Shown: positions 22,488-33,888, numbered from the whole stretch's first letter. The stretch is 63,793 nt of DNA, filler included, from Hausera hauseri (GCA_046269625.1; 11 parts of 11 records of this genome joined end to end with filler, not necessarily neighbours in it); one strand, 5' to 3'. Notes: generated by a model from the letters alone, not told the origin. Made by a program: numbers and translations.

Positions 22488-24760
22488 CTCCGCAACTGAA
22501 AGACTTAAAATTAGAGCATCTCCACCCACTGGGAAAAAGGAGAGCTCCTCAGATACAGTCTGCCTCGGAGTCAAAAAGACCCCGATTAAGCAAACTGACG
22601 TGCACAAGCAAAGCACACACATACACACACATTCCCCATTCACTTGTTGTGGGTGCAATAAGAGGAAAGTTCCGTCCTCAAGCACCAAAAATCATAAAGA
22701 CAGAATGTTGTGTTCCATCTGCTTTATCACTGAATTCAGAAATAAAGGGAGAGTTTTGTCCCCATTTCACAAAACTGCTAAAAATAAAGCAGAAAGCACT
22801 CCGGGAAACGGAGTCAAACTTTCTGCTCCGCTCAAAACTGTGCCCAGCAGAGGGCGCAACAAACCCACAACTAAACATGCCGTTGACGCTAAGTTCCAAA
22901 GCCGAAGCGTGGCGCGCATGCGCACCATCGCAGTGGATCATGGGAACTGTAGTTCACGGTTACAGATTGCAATTCACCAGGCCTCCTCCGTCATTCAGAG
23001 GAGCCACACTGTCAAAAATACGACCGGACCTCGCTCCTGTCCTCAGGGAAGAGATTCGCACACTTCTAACAAAGGGTGCGATAAAATTAGTCCCTCCACA
23101 GGACTCCAACAGCGGTTTTTACAGCCGCTATTTTGTGATCCCGAAAAAAGATGGGGGTCTCCGTCCTATATTGGACTTGAGACAATTAAACAAAAGGCTG
23201 AGGACATTCAAATTCAGAATGTTAACTCTGCGCCACGTAATGCAGTCAGTAAGACAAGGGGACTGGTTCACATCAGTGGATCTGAAAGATGCATATTTTC
23301 ACATTTCAATCCAACCCAAACACAGAAAATATCTACGCTTTGCCTTCGAAAACAATGCGTACGAATATCAAGTTCTGCCATTCGGTTTGTCTCTGGCACC
23401 TCGAGTATTCACGAAGTGCCTCGAGGCAGCACTGGCACCAATCAGGGCCCAGGGCATCAGAACTCTGGACTACCTGGACGATTTATTAATTCTGGCAGAC
23501 TCTCCCCAACAGGCCAGTGCGCATACAGCTCTGCTGATGTCGCATCTGCAGTCTCTGGGGTTTGTAATAAACACGGAAAAGAGCCAGCTGATCCCCAGTC
23601 AGAAAATCTGTTATCTGGGATTGGAACTGGACTCTGTGAAAAATCTCGCGAGATTATCTCAAAAGAGGATAACAGCGTTCAATCAGTGCCTAACACTATT
23701 TCAGCGCGATCGGTTACAGACTATCCGAAACTGCCAGCGCCTGCTAGGTTTTATGGCTTCTATGATTCCAGCAGTCCCACTCGGTCTGCTGATGATGAGG
23801 AAGTTTCAGCGGTAGGTTCATTTCAGACAGAGACACCCGCCGCAACAAAATCAGGTGGTGCGGATCTCATCCTCCTGCCTACGCGCGCTCCTCCCTTGGA
23901 GAAACACAGCGCATATCAGCAAAGGGGTTCCCCTAGGTCGAGTGTTGTCACGCGTCCTGGTGACCACAGACGCGTCAAAGTTCGGCTGGGGTGGGATCTG
24001 CAGACACAAGCACATCAGCGGTGTGTGGTCTCAGAGACAGAGCCAACTTCATATAAATCAGTTGGAAATGATGGCGGTTTTTCTCTCGCTAAAACATTTC
24101 GACATGATGGGCCTGCTAGCTCACCGACATGTGTTAGTGCGCAGCGACAACAGCTGTGTAGTGGCTCATATAAACAAACAGGGAGGCACGCGGTCATTAC
24201 CGCTCCTTCATCTGACCCACAACTTGTTACAATGGTGCAGCACGCGGCTACTGTCGCTCAGAGCGACACACGTCCCGGGAGCACTGAACCACGGAGCAGA
24301 TGCGCTTTCCAGAGGTCTCCCACGGGCAACAGAATGGCGCCTTCATCCGGAAGTGGTGCAGCAGATTTGGGATCGCTTCGGCAAGGCCGACGTAGATCTG
24401 TTCGCCTCCAAGGAAAACGCGCACTGTCCTATGTTTTTCTCCATACGGGACGTGAACGCACCACTCGGTTTAGACGCACTTGGGCACAGGTGGCCGCGAA
24501 TGCACCTTTACGCATTTCCCCCAGTGGCACTGCTTCAAACTACACTGGAACGCGTGCGCAGAGAGGGGCTCACACTAATCTTAGTGGCTCCCCACTGGCC
24601 CCAGAAGACCTGGTTTGCAGAAATCATCTCACAGCTGGACGGAGAGCCATTACGCCTCCCTGTGCGCAAAGATCTCCTGACCCAGGCACACGGTCAGATT
24701 TGGCACCCCCGTCCACAGATCTGGAACCTGTGGGCTTGGCCCCTGAGAGGGAAAAACTGA
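22400..24760 (+). pseudogene. DIRS ORF2: RT, RNase H and methyltransferase-like domain, one in-frame TAG at 23813-23815
   Basis: LRPILDLR, DLKDAYFH, YLDDLL; TDAS..GWG, HINQLE, SDNS; VDLFAS, LYAFPP. Confidence 0.93.
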
Positions 24761-25782
24761 TTGCTACAGGTCTCCCCTGTAATGTGGTGAACACGATTCA
24801 GTGTGCGAGAGCTACCTCGACTCAGAACAGTTACACGATTAAATGGCGTGTTTTTGAAACTTGGTGTGGGGAAAGAAACATTGTTCCGTTTCTCAGCTCC
24901 ATAGTAGAGGTTCTCACATTTTTACAGGACTTGCTGGAAAAGGGCCGTTCCTTTTCCACAATAAAAGTCTATTTGTCAGCCATCTCTGCCTGTCATGCGG
25001 GATGGAACGGGAAAACGCCCGGTTCTCATCCTCTGGCGGTACGATTTATGAAAGGGGTTTTACGTAAGAAACCACCACGCAGGACATTGGCACCACAGTG
25101 GGACCTGTCACTGGTGTTGGATGCACTGTGTGACGCTCCGTTTGAACCCCTGGAGTCAGTCAATATGGATGTTTTGTCTTATAAAACAGCATTTTTGCTG
25201 GCGCTATGCTCAGCCAAACGCGTAAGCGACATGCATGCGCTTTCTGTTCACCCTTTGTGTACCCAATTTGCGCATGATGGTTCCAGAGTGACTCTACGCC
25301 CAAACCCAGCGTTTGTCCCTAAAGTGCCATCTCTGTCTTATAAGAGCCTTTCTTTTGAAATTTCGGCTTTTCCGCCACCGTCTGTGACATCCGCAGAGCA
25401 GAGGCGCATGCACGCGCTCTGCCCGATGCGGGCACTGCGTATTTATATTAATCGAACACAGAGCTGGCGAAAGACTGATCAGCTGTTTGTGTGTTTTGCT
25501 AAGCCGGTAACGGGAAACGCTCTGTCTAAACAACGCCTCTCTCACTGGGTGGTAGAGGCGATTTCCCGAGCGTATGTCTCCAAAGGTAAACAAGCACCCT
25601 GCAGTGTGCATGCCCACTCGACCAGAGGCATGGCTACCTCATGGGCTTTATTTAAGGGAATCCCAGTAGCAGACATTTGCGCTGCTGCTAACTGGGCGTC
25701 TCCCAATACATTCATAAAATTTTACAGTTTGGATGTTACTGCCAGTGACGTCACCCAGGCTGTTCTTTCAGCACAAGTGTAA
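22600..25782 (+). CDS. DIRS ORF3: long N-terminal overlap plus tyrosine recombinase
   Basis: AKRVSD (R), HSTRG (HxxR), AANWAS, FIKFY (Y). 1060 codons open. Confidence 0.92.
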   Translation: MHKQSTHIHTHSPFTCCGCNKRKVPSSSTKNHKDRMLCSICFITEFRNKGRVLSPFHKTAKNKAESTPGNGVKLSAPLKTVPSRGRNKPTTKHAVDAKFQSRSVARMRTIAVDHGNCSSRLQIAIHQASSVIQRSHTVKNTTGPRSCPQGRDSHTSNKGCDKISPSTGLQQRFLQPLFCDPEKRWGSPSYIGLETIKQKAEDIQIQNVNSAPRNAVSKTRGLVHISGSERCIFSHFNPTQTQKISTLCLRKQCVRISSSAIRFVSGTSSIHEVPRGSTGTNQGPGHQNSGLPGRFINSGRLSPTGQCAYSSADVASAVSGVCNKHGKEPADPQSENLLSGIGTGLCEKSREIISKEDNSVQSVPNTISARSVTDYPKLPAPARFYGFYDSSSPTRSADDEEVSAVGSFQTETPAATKSGGADLILLPTRAPPLEKHSAYQQRGSPRSSVVTRPGDHRRVKVRLGWDLQTQAHQRCVVSETEPTSYKSVGNDGGFSLAKTFRHDGPASSPTCVSAQRQQLCSGSYKQTGRHAVITAPSSDPQLVTMVQHAATVAQSDTRPGSTEPRSRCAFQRSPTGNRMAPSSGSGAADLGSLRQGRRRSVRLQGKRALSYVFLHTGRERTTRFRRTWAQVAANAPLRISPSGTASNYTGTRAQRGAHTNLSGSPLAPEDLVCRNHLTAGRRAITPPCAQRSPDPGTRSDLAPPSTDLEPVGLAPEREKLIATGLPCNVVNTIQCARATSTQNSYTIKWRVFETWCGERNIVPFLSSIVEVLTFLQDLLEKGRSFSTIKVYLSAISACHAGWNGKTPGSHPLAVRFMKGVLRKKPPRRTLAPQWDLSLVLDALCDAPFEPLESVNMDVLSYKTAFLLALCSAKRVSDMHALSVHPLCTQFAHDGSRVTLRPNPAFVPKVPSLSYKSLSFEISAFPPPSVTSAEQRRMHALCPMRALRIYINRTQSWRKTDQLFVCFAKPVTGNALSKQRLSHWVVEAISRAYVSKGKQAPCSVHAHSTRGMATSWALFKGIPVADICAAANWASPNTFIKFYSLDVTASDVTQAVLSAQV

Positions 25783-25843
25783 GGTATCTACTGTTGCCGG
25801 ACTAATTGGCTCTCTGCATATGCATATCGGGGCGTGATTGTAG

Positions 25844-25946
25844 ATCCCCATACTCATGTGTTGTACCGAGTGTACTGACCAAAAGGGAACTGGAGGTTAG
25901 GAATATAACCAATGTTCCCTGAGGGAAGGGAACGAGGTACAACACA
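25844..25946 (+). repeat. DIRS internal complementary region / terminal repeats
   Basis: 25844-25867 is the exact reverse complement of 20423-20446. 25888-25946 is a 59-bp direct repeat (1 mismatch) of 20375-20433. Confidence 0.9.
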
Positions 25947-26277
25947 GGNNNNNNNNNNNNNNNNNNNNNNNNNNNNNNNNNNNNNNNNNNNNTTAATTAA
26001 TTAANNNNNNNNNNNNNNNNNNNNNNNNNNNNNNNNNNNNNNNNNNNNTGGTTAGGGGAATGCCTGATCAAGATTACAATAGTAAAGGTGACTCCTCAGA
26101 CCATCAAGCAAGTGATACAAACTAACGAGTCGAGATAAACGAGACATGTTGTAATCTGACAATGAAAGAAACTAATACTTATATCTAAATTTAAAGAAGA
26201 CTTTGAAGTGAAATGACATATGACAACCAAATAATATATTTTAAATTAACAAAGAGTTGTTCAAAACAGAAAACGCT

Positions 26278-26620
26278 TAACAATTGTTGTTCATACAAGC
26301 AAGCCACAATAAACAGTAATGGCCACACAATATAGTCATTGGTTGTCAATAATGAAGTCGATTATATTCAACAAGATGATGTGATTATCTTTTAATTTGT
26401 GAAACTAACATTTAGGGATAGTAAAATTTGAGAGGATCGAATACTTTGACGACGGTATGATGCATATACACAGCAATTCATTGTTCTCCCCATAACGATG
26501 AAGTTTGTATAGTGGCAATGAAACCACCACCAGATTGTGGTAAGTCACGCGACACACAGTCCAGTGGAAACACGCTTTGAAATTTCTCACCCAAGAGCAG
26601 TTTTCCGTAGTGACTGAGCT
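26278..26620 (-). pseudogene. Adenain-like cysteine protease
   Basis: FQSVFPLD..GGFIATIQTSSLWGEQ*IAVY..VFDPL..VEYN..QPMTILCGHYCLLWL (degraded GEHW / FD / Q..CG.YC motifs). Confidence 0.78.
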
Positions 26621-26711
26621 CAGTGGAGCTAAACGTAAAACGTGATATATGCGTAATAATAATAATGAATTACTTAATGGTATTAAGAAAAAGAGAGACA
26701 TTCGATTTTAT

Positions 26712-27912
26712 TTACACAATGACGGTTTCATTTTTCGTTATTTCCACTTCGGCATCAAATACGCCGTAAATGTACATCACGGTATACTTTTCCAGAGCTT
26801 TGGGAAGGTGAACCTCTAATCACAGGTTTTCCTGTTGAGTTAGTTGAGACTGTTCAACGTCATAATCTGGAGCCAAGACAAAGGAAAAGAATGGATAGGA
26901 GGACTTGAACAAGTCTATCTATATGCCACTGTTGATGTTTTTGTTCAGCAAGCCCATGTTATACACGACAAATTGCGTATATGTGCAAACATAATCGTGG
27001 GTCTCAATATTTTGCTTATACGTCTAAACGAAATCCGCATTTTTGCCCAAACTGATGTCATTCACATTGCCATTGGTAAATGTTTCTGAATCGGTGGTAT
27101 AACTGCCGGTTTGTTGAGCAGTCGATTGAAATGTGACAAGCATAAATTTCGTCAATCGCATATTGCTAAACAGCGCATCCTTATGAAACGATGGTGTAAA
27201 ACACGAGTTCGATGCGTTGAAATGGGTAACAGGCATTCTGTGTTTCCAAAACCAATCGATGTCCCATGAGCATAAATGGTTCTACCTTTACACAACGTAC
27301 GTATAATCGTGCTTGGGTAATTTTCAGTATGGGTTTGATATTTACAACTGCAGTTTTCAGGCAAAAGACATTGTCATTGCATTTGAGTCCAATCATGGCT
27401 TTAACACCAGGCAAAAGGTATTTCGGCTGATCGAAATAGTCAAAATACAGCGGTCCACACATGGTAAATGCTTTTGATTCTTCCACTCATTTCTGACGGT
27501 TTGCCACTGTAGCATCATATCCGATGGTTTTCGTCAAATGAGTCGTTTTCGTGTCTGTACTATAATTCAACGCCGTTTCAATGAGAGCTTTGATACTATA
27601 CACATTGGTATTGCCTTCAATTTTAACACTGTTCAGAGTCAGTGAAGCTTCCTGGAATAGTGTGAGGAAAATGTAATTGGCCGGTGTGACAGTGTCTGTT
27701 GCAGCGAGAACCGTTGATGCATCCTTTTTAGCAATAACTTTTACATACATTAGCGTATCGTTCAAATCCATATATTCATTGTCCGATGCTATTATATTGA
27801 ATTGAATGTCAATGTTGTTGTCAGTCGAAACAGAATCAACGGGTAGATTTCTTCAAATGTTGCTTTGTCAATAACGACTTGTGATGCGGCCTTTGGATTT
27901 TGCAGATGCCAT
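26712..27912 (-). pseudogene. Polinton major capsid (double jelly-roll, hexon-like) protein
   Basis: EYMDLNDTLMYVKV, ANYIFLTLFQ, YSIKALIETALNY, LYFDYFDQPKYLLPGV. Ends AEVEITKNETVIV*. Confidence 0.88.
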
Positions 27913-27919
27913 TTGTTTG

Positions 27920-28170
27920 TTAATCGAAAATTGTACAACGACGACGTTTGTTTATTGTTAAAAAGTTCGATGATTCTCTAAGTTTTCTCAAGCCACTGCT
28001 GGTGAAATGTTTTTGGACTGATTCAACGACTCCCAGTGCAGCGCTTTTTATTTCTGCCTAGGTGTTTTCCTTTAACGACGGTAAACTCGATTTGTTTTCA
28101 AGTAGCACATCTCGTGCTGTTTTTGCTGCCATGGCTCCAATACGTTTCAACACCGTAATTGGTCGTACAA
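27920..28170 (-). pseudogene. Small basic core-like protein upstream of the major capsid gene
   Basis: LKRIGAMAAKTARDVLLE... and a terminal KRRRCTIFD*. Confidence 0.55.
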
Positions 28171-28199
28171 ACAAAAGAGATTCTGGCTCACAGTTTATT

Positions 28200-28440
28200 A
28201 TTTTTAAATAGTAGTTGAGATGGTTCATTTGCCGTAACCCGATGGGTTGTGCTATAATGTATTTTCATATTGCCCTTTGGATGTCACCGGTGCGTAAGGA
28301 AAGTTAAATTCCCTTAGTGCAACCTACCATTGTCCAGATACATTTATCGGATTGTCCCTATCTACAATGTATTGACTGGCCTAATTGTTCTGACGAGTCG
28401 TCGGACAACTGTTGCTCGGTAACACCATGTAAAGACTCAT
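28200..28440 (-). pseudogene. Penton copy 2, N-terminal fragment
   Basis: MSLYMVLPSNSCPTTRQNN*ASQYIVDRDNPINVSGQW*VALREFNFP. Confidence 0.78.
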
Positions 28441-28469
28441 ATTATTGTAATGATAATAATAATGCCGTT

Positions 28470-29055
28470 TGTTTATTGTCGACGTCGAAAATGTAGCGTC
28501 AAATGTGTCGTGGACCCGTGCAGAAATTTAACGGGTTTCCAAAATTCATCTAGCATGTGCACCGAAATATTGTACACAACATTGTGAGATAACGATAAAT
28601 ACAAGGGCCGGGTGATATTGACGTGAGCCGTTTTGTCGGGTGTTTTGTACGTGTCAAAATCAAGTGTATCAGAGGCAATTAGTTGTTTGATTAAATGCTA
28701 CGTAGTGTCATGGTTTGTATATAGCAACAATTGCTCGACCGCTACCGTTTTAACCGAATTCATGTTTCGAAAAGCCCAGATTCCGTGCTAATAATTCATC
28801 GAAGGTAAAATATGTAACTATAGTATGTAGTGTAAACGAAATACGACCATCGACGTTTAATTCTTATGAATCTAGAGCCAACTTAGCTACTTCTCTCATA
28901 GATACACACAATTCTGTTTCCGATTCCAACAGTAAATCGTATCCCTTAGTATACGAGTAAAATGTTGATTTTGTCATTTACCAGTTTACCGTAATATCGG
29001 TTTAATGGGTTTAAAGAAGTTCAATTTTCTTTTACCAACTATGACACGTCCACAC
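28470..29055 (-). pseudogene. Penton copy 1, C-terminal fragment
   Basis: Nucleotide similarity to about 14980-15617; ends THLTLHFRRR. Confidence 0.75.
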
Positions 29056-29069
29056 GTATCCGTCGATTA

Positions 29070-29595
29070 AGTAGGCCGGTTGTGAGGAAATGCTTGTCGT
29101 GCAACATAATTGTGATAGTCTGATTACGGGGATTTTTAAACACTACCAATTAGTGTAAGTTCAGATTTCGTGTTTGATGCTGTTCGCCCTGATAGAATAT
29201 GTTTTCCGTAATGAAAATCACCACTACACCACGGTGTTGTGCAATTTTCTTAAACAGGTTGTTGAAGTCGGTTTGTTTCGTGGTTTCTTGGAATAAATCG
29301 TCAATGACAATAACGTCACTGCTGCGTAATCGTCCGGACCAGTTCTCATCAAACCCATCTGTTACAGTTATCGATTTCAAATTACAAAATTCTTGATGTA
29401 TCAGACCGGACTATCCATCATCATCATCATCATCACACCGGAACCCTGATGCCAGTAAATGTCACTGAATCGCTGTGATTGAAATATGCCACAGTAGTTT
29501 TGCAATAGTTTACAAAGTGTGTTTTACCACTTCCACTGTTGGTAGCAGAGCGTGATTTGTGCTCCGCATCGTGATTGGTCTTTCGAAGTATCCAT
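29070..29595 (-). pseudogene. Polinton packaging ATPase
   Basis: NSGSGKTHFV (Walker A), VIVIDDLFQE (Walker B), IAQHRGVVVIFITEN. Confidence 0.85.
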
Positions 29596-30149
29596 GTCTG
29601 TCTCCTTGTTTTCGGAACTTATTCATTCCGTTTGAATGTTGACAAAAGCGGGAACCTTATGTGAAATATGCACGATAAGGAAATACGGTGAAGTGAATAA
29701 AATGAAACATCGTGACTATCTCACAGAGGCGACGCAAAAATCAGGAGTTGTAATATCTTGCGCCTAGGGCGATAAATATTTAAAAAGAAAAGATAAAAAT
29801 GTCTATATTTCAAAACACGTAGAGAATAGACACCGACTGACAGAACCCGTGGTAACGGATTGGAGAGGAGAATACATCAGGAGATCCTTGTTTGAGACGA
29901 GTGATCTCAAGAAATTAAATGGATCGCAAGAATTCAAGAAATTCGAAGTTCAAAACTGCTGAACCTCGAGTTAAAAGGATATGTCGAGAACCAATACCAG
30001 CGGCGTGAAGTGGGAAAAGATATTGGAGTATTGCATACTGGAAGGAAATAAGTCACAAAATTTGCAGGAGTCGTCTAAGAAGGATGAAAGAGAAGAACTC
30101 AGCCTTAAAGATTTTGTGCAAGAAACAACAAAAAACAGAGAAGAGGAAA

Positions 30150-30377
30150 TTGACGATATTTCTTGAGACAATTTTGGGAAAAATAATTGCGATGTTAGTA
30201 AAGATGTCGGATGAAGTAGAGAAACTGAAGTCGGTTGTCGAATAAAGAGAAGAAATCCCGACAAACCAACAAAGGGTAATTTACAATGGAAAACAACTAA
30301 AGGATTGTCGGAAACTTAGTGAATATTATATTCATAAGGATTTCACTGTTCATTTGCAGTTACGGTTAAAAGGTGGG
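30150..30377 (+). pseudogene. Ubiquitin-like domain (76 codons, one internal TAA)
   Basis: [75 protein letters not shown] aligns gap-free to ubiquitin; 37/76 identical by hand count. Confidence 0.92.
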
Positions 30378-31473
30378 AGTGATTCAACTGTAGACGAACT
30401 GGAAGATAGGATATCTGAGCGACGTAAGTACATCAACGACCTTTCAGCGATTCGGAGGAAGTTAATGTATGTAAAACTGAATGATCATGAATACGAAATT
30501 TATCATAAAAATATGACTAGTCGTTTACCGAGCTTCAAGGGGAGTTGAGTATACTAGCCACTGCAGCTAGAAAGTTGAGAAAGAGGAGAACCTCACATTG
30601 TTAGAAAATGATATGGAAAAACTGGACAATCAGGACGAAAAAATCAACGCGATCATCTACGAGAGAAGCTCAAGAGAAAATAAGATGATGATCGCCAAAG
30701 GAAGGTCTGAAAAGGAGAAAACGGAAAGAGTAATGTTACCAAAGTTACAAATATTAGAGTTGCCGAAGTTTGGGGGGGCTAGTTACCGAATACGATAAAT
30801 GGAAAAAGACCTTTGACACTTGTATCCATAAAACTCCAATGTCGGAATTATATAAGCAACTGCAGCTGAATCAATGTTTGTATGGCAAGCCGAAAAAGCT
30901 GATTGAAAATTTCGACCTAACAGAAGAAGGTATAAAGCGTCCCTCGAGAAATTAGATTCCTATTATGGAGGTGAACAACGTTGTTATGCAGCGTTCATAA
31001 CCGACGTCATAAGATTTCGGGTAATAGAGGAAAAAAATATTAAATGGCTAGATAAATTCGTGGCGTTGCTAGAAGGAATAATTGTAAGACTGAGGAATCT
31101 AGGGAGAACGGAAGAACTTAGTGGAGGGCTATTGTATCAAAGCCTCGTGGAAAAGCTACCTGAGTCAATTGTGCTTCTATGGGAAAGGCGTGTTATCGAA
31201 AAGAAGTCGGAAAGGACCGTCTTGGAATTGAAGAACTGGATCGAGATAGAAGCGATAGTCAGGAGAAACACTATAGAGAGGGTAAGAGGAATCGAAGTTT
31301 TCAATACCAGTCAAGACGGTCGATATACATCGATAGAGGACGGAAGATCGTATTTTACGAAGAGATCACCGGTTGTAAATAGACAGAGTGGGAGCATGAA
31401 TAATAAAAGGAAAGATCAAAAGGAAATGCAGTCAAATCAATCCAAGACACAAATAGAAGATCGGTCCCAGAGG

Positions 31474-31620
31474 TGTTAGAGTTTTGATAAGAATGGTCAG
31501 TGCAAATTTGGAGAGAATCGCAAATACTTACACCAAACAAGTAAGGACGATCAAAGAAGAGAGTGTTGGTACTTCGAGAATGGAGAATGTAAGTATGGAG
31601 AAAACTGTAAATTCCGGCAT
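31474..31620 (+). pseudogene. Tandem CCCH zinc fingers
   Basis: C*SFDKNGQCKFGENRKYLH (degenerate) and CWYFENGECKYGENCKFRH (C-x7-C-x5-C-x3-H), in frame with ORF 31060-31479. Confidence 0.85.
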
Positions 31621-31858
31621 GGAAAAATTGGTAGCAAAGGAAAGAGCAAAGGCAGTTATTATAAGAAGGAGATAAGGCAAGGGACTGAAAAATTTTGCGA
31701 AAACATAGCAGGCAAGAAGAAAAAGAAAAAAATATCACGAACGATAAAAATTGAAGAANNNNNNNNNNNNNNNNNNNNNNNNNNNNNNNNNNNNNNNNNN
31801 NNTTAATTAATTAANNNNNNNNNNNNNNNNNNNNNNNNNNNNNNNNNNNNNNNNNNNN

Positions 31859-33888
31859 GATTCCAATTCGTGTTTCCATTTTAATAATATTTCCGGGGAC
31901 ACCTCTTCAGGCTGCCTCACATCGATTGCTTCAACAAACTTCCCTTCGGTACGTAATTTCAAGCTTTTATATAACTTCTCGGCGTATTGCTGTTCTTTCC
32001 CAGATATGTTGACTTGTTCACTAATCTGCTTGATCTTCTCTAAGTTTCGTTGTAATATTTCGGGCTCTAAACAATAAATTCTCATTTTCTTTAATTCGTT
32101 GGCGTTTTTCCATGAGCGTCGGATTTTCCACTTTTTCTAATTGAAATCGTCATTGTTGGCCGTTTCTTCCTCACTAACGGGAAGTGGGCAGATTTCTCTA
32201 ATTTTATTAATTGACTCTATCGGCTCCGCTACTCCGACAGGTGTGTATGAACCAATTTCTGGTGTATTCAAACTATACTCCGTGTCGCCTTCTTCAACGA
32301 CATTCGGGTTTTCCGTTTCTTCAATTTTCTCTCCGGTTATTTTGGAAAGTGAACGACTTCTACGTTTGGTTTTTAGTAAAGGGCTACGGCCTCTATTTTT
32401 CGTAATTTTGAGTATTAATAATTTCATAAATTCTTTTTCTGCTGTATGGTCCTCCGTGAGCTCAGCTATCTTTTGGACTGTGAGCTCATGCTTTGCGTCT
32501 AAATCTACTGTCGTCGATGTGCTTGGGTTATCAGATGGCTTATTACTTGTCGGAATACTCTTTTTCCGTGTCACATCACTTTGCTTAGGTGCTATTCCAT
32601 ATTCATATTTGGTTTCGGGTTCTGCTAAGCCGCGATATACCTCTAATAACCTTAACTTATCTCTGTATTCTCTTCTAGCCGTCAAAAATTGCAGGTTAGT
32701 AGTATCCGGCTAAGCATCTAGAAATTTTCTCAAATCATGTATGTCGATCATAGTGCCTGTATCTCCGCGGATGCCATACTTTTCTTCCATTTTCTCATTG
32801 GTTCTAATCATACTAGTCTTATTTGGTTCAGTAAATGAAACGTTACGCGGATTTGGACATGACCTTGAAATGTGTCCTTCTTTACTGCAAGTAAAGCAGA
32901 CTAAGTTTCCGTTTCTGCCGACTCTTTGTCGTCCGTCTTCGTTTACCGGTGACTTAGATCTATTTATACCTTTATTATATTGATTTGCCAAGTTTTGCGT
33001 ATTATTGGCATTTCTTCTGTTGTCACTATTTCGGCTATCGCTGTTTTGATTTGAGCCTTTATAATTTTCTCTATTCCTATCCCAGTTGGGTTCTGATCTG
33101 TTCGTATTAGAATAATTACCGCCTATACCATTTCTGTAACCGGCATTGTTGTTTCTATTCCCATAATTTCTGTTGCCCGTAAATTGTCTGTCATCTCTTC
33201 CACGATTATCATTACGATTCCTATCATTTCGGTCATTTCAATTGTTATTCCTATCGTTTCTATCATTATGTCTGGCGTATCTATCTAGTGCCATTTCTAA
33301 ATCTTGGGCTAATCGTAACGTTCCTTCAAAATTCTTGGGTCTAGCTAAAATCAGTTGTTTAATCAAGTCTCGTAACCAAATACCATTTATTAGTTGCGTT
33401 TTCATCATGACATCTAAATCCGACGGTGAGGCCTTCTCTGCGGCGTCGCGTTCTGCCTCCGTTTTGGCTTTAGCCACGTTGGCTATTCTCAATGTGCTTA
33501 TGTAACTATTAGCAAGTTTCTTCAACGCAAATGCAAATTGGGTTACCGATTCACCATTTTGCTGTACTCGGTTTTGAAATGCCATAAGCTTTTGTTGCGG
33601 CGTTACGGTTGGCAACAATTTACGATTTAATGCTCCTACCATGGAGGACCAAGATTTCTTTTCCTCATTAGTGAGTTCACTATAGGCATCAGCGACTAAA
33701 TTTTTCAAATACAACTACAATCGCTTAATCGTTACTTCAGGAGTCAGACTAGCACCTTCCGCGTGCAACTTATAAGTTCTCAAAAATTCCTTGAGCCCAT
33801 CTGGGTCTCCGTCATATGCTAGCAGGTTTAGAGAGTCGAACGTGAAAATGTCCAGTTTCTGTGCTACGGGTGGATTATCTGCTGCCAT
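31859..33888 (-). pseudogene. gag: Gypsy gag (capsid, N/R-rich tract, CCHC knuckle) running into domain X
   Basis: MAADNPP..YDGDPDGLKEFL..RVQQNGESVTQFA..CFTCSKEGHISRSC. A few in-frame stops. Confidence 0.9.

Larger units (their letters stand above)
20375..25948 (+). mobile_element. DIRS1-like tyrosine-recombinase retrotransposon (fish type), near full length
   Basis: gag-like ORF1, overlapping RT/RH/MT and YR ORFs, and terminal inverted/complementary repeats. Confidence 0.95.
26049..29600 (-). mobile_element. Polinton/Maverick element, internally deleted (same family as 11626-15749)
   Basis: ATPase, two penton fragments, core protein, major capsid and cysteine protease. The ATPase and penton fragments are visibly homologous to contig 3. 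Confidence 0.9.
29860..31758 (+). pseudogene. gag: BEL/Pao retrotransposon gag (DUF1759-like) with ubiquitin-like and CCCH domains
   Basis: LELPKFGG..EYDKWKKTFD..IH..K.LQLNQCL.G.PKKLI..LEKLDSYYGG, LVEKLP, TVLELKNWI. Several frameshifts. The 5' boundary is approximate. Confidence 0.85.

Noticed and set aside
32141-32713. 190-aa plus-strand ORF and similar Ser/Leu/Phe-rich ORFs (16898-17323, 11092-11577, 45-380, 21136-21828)
   Set aside because: Antisense shadows of real retroelement coding regions; no motifs of their own.
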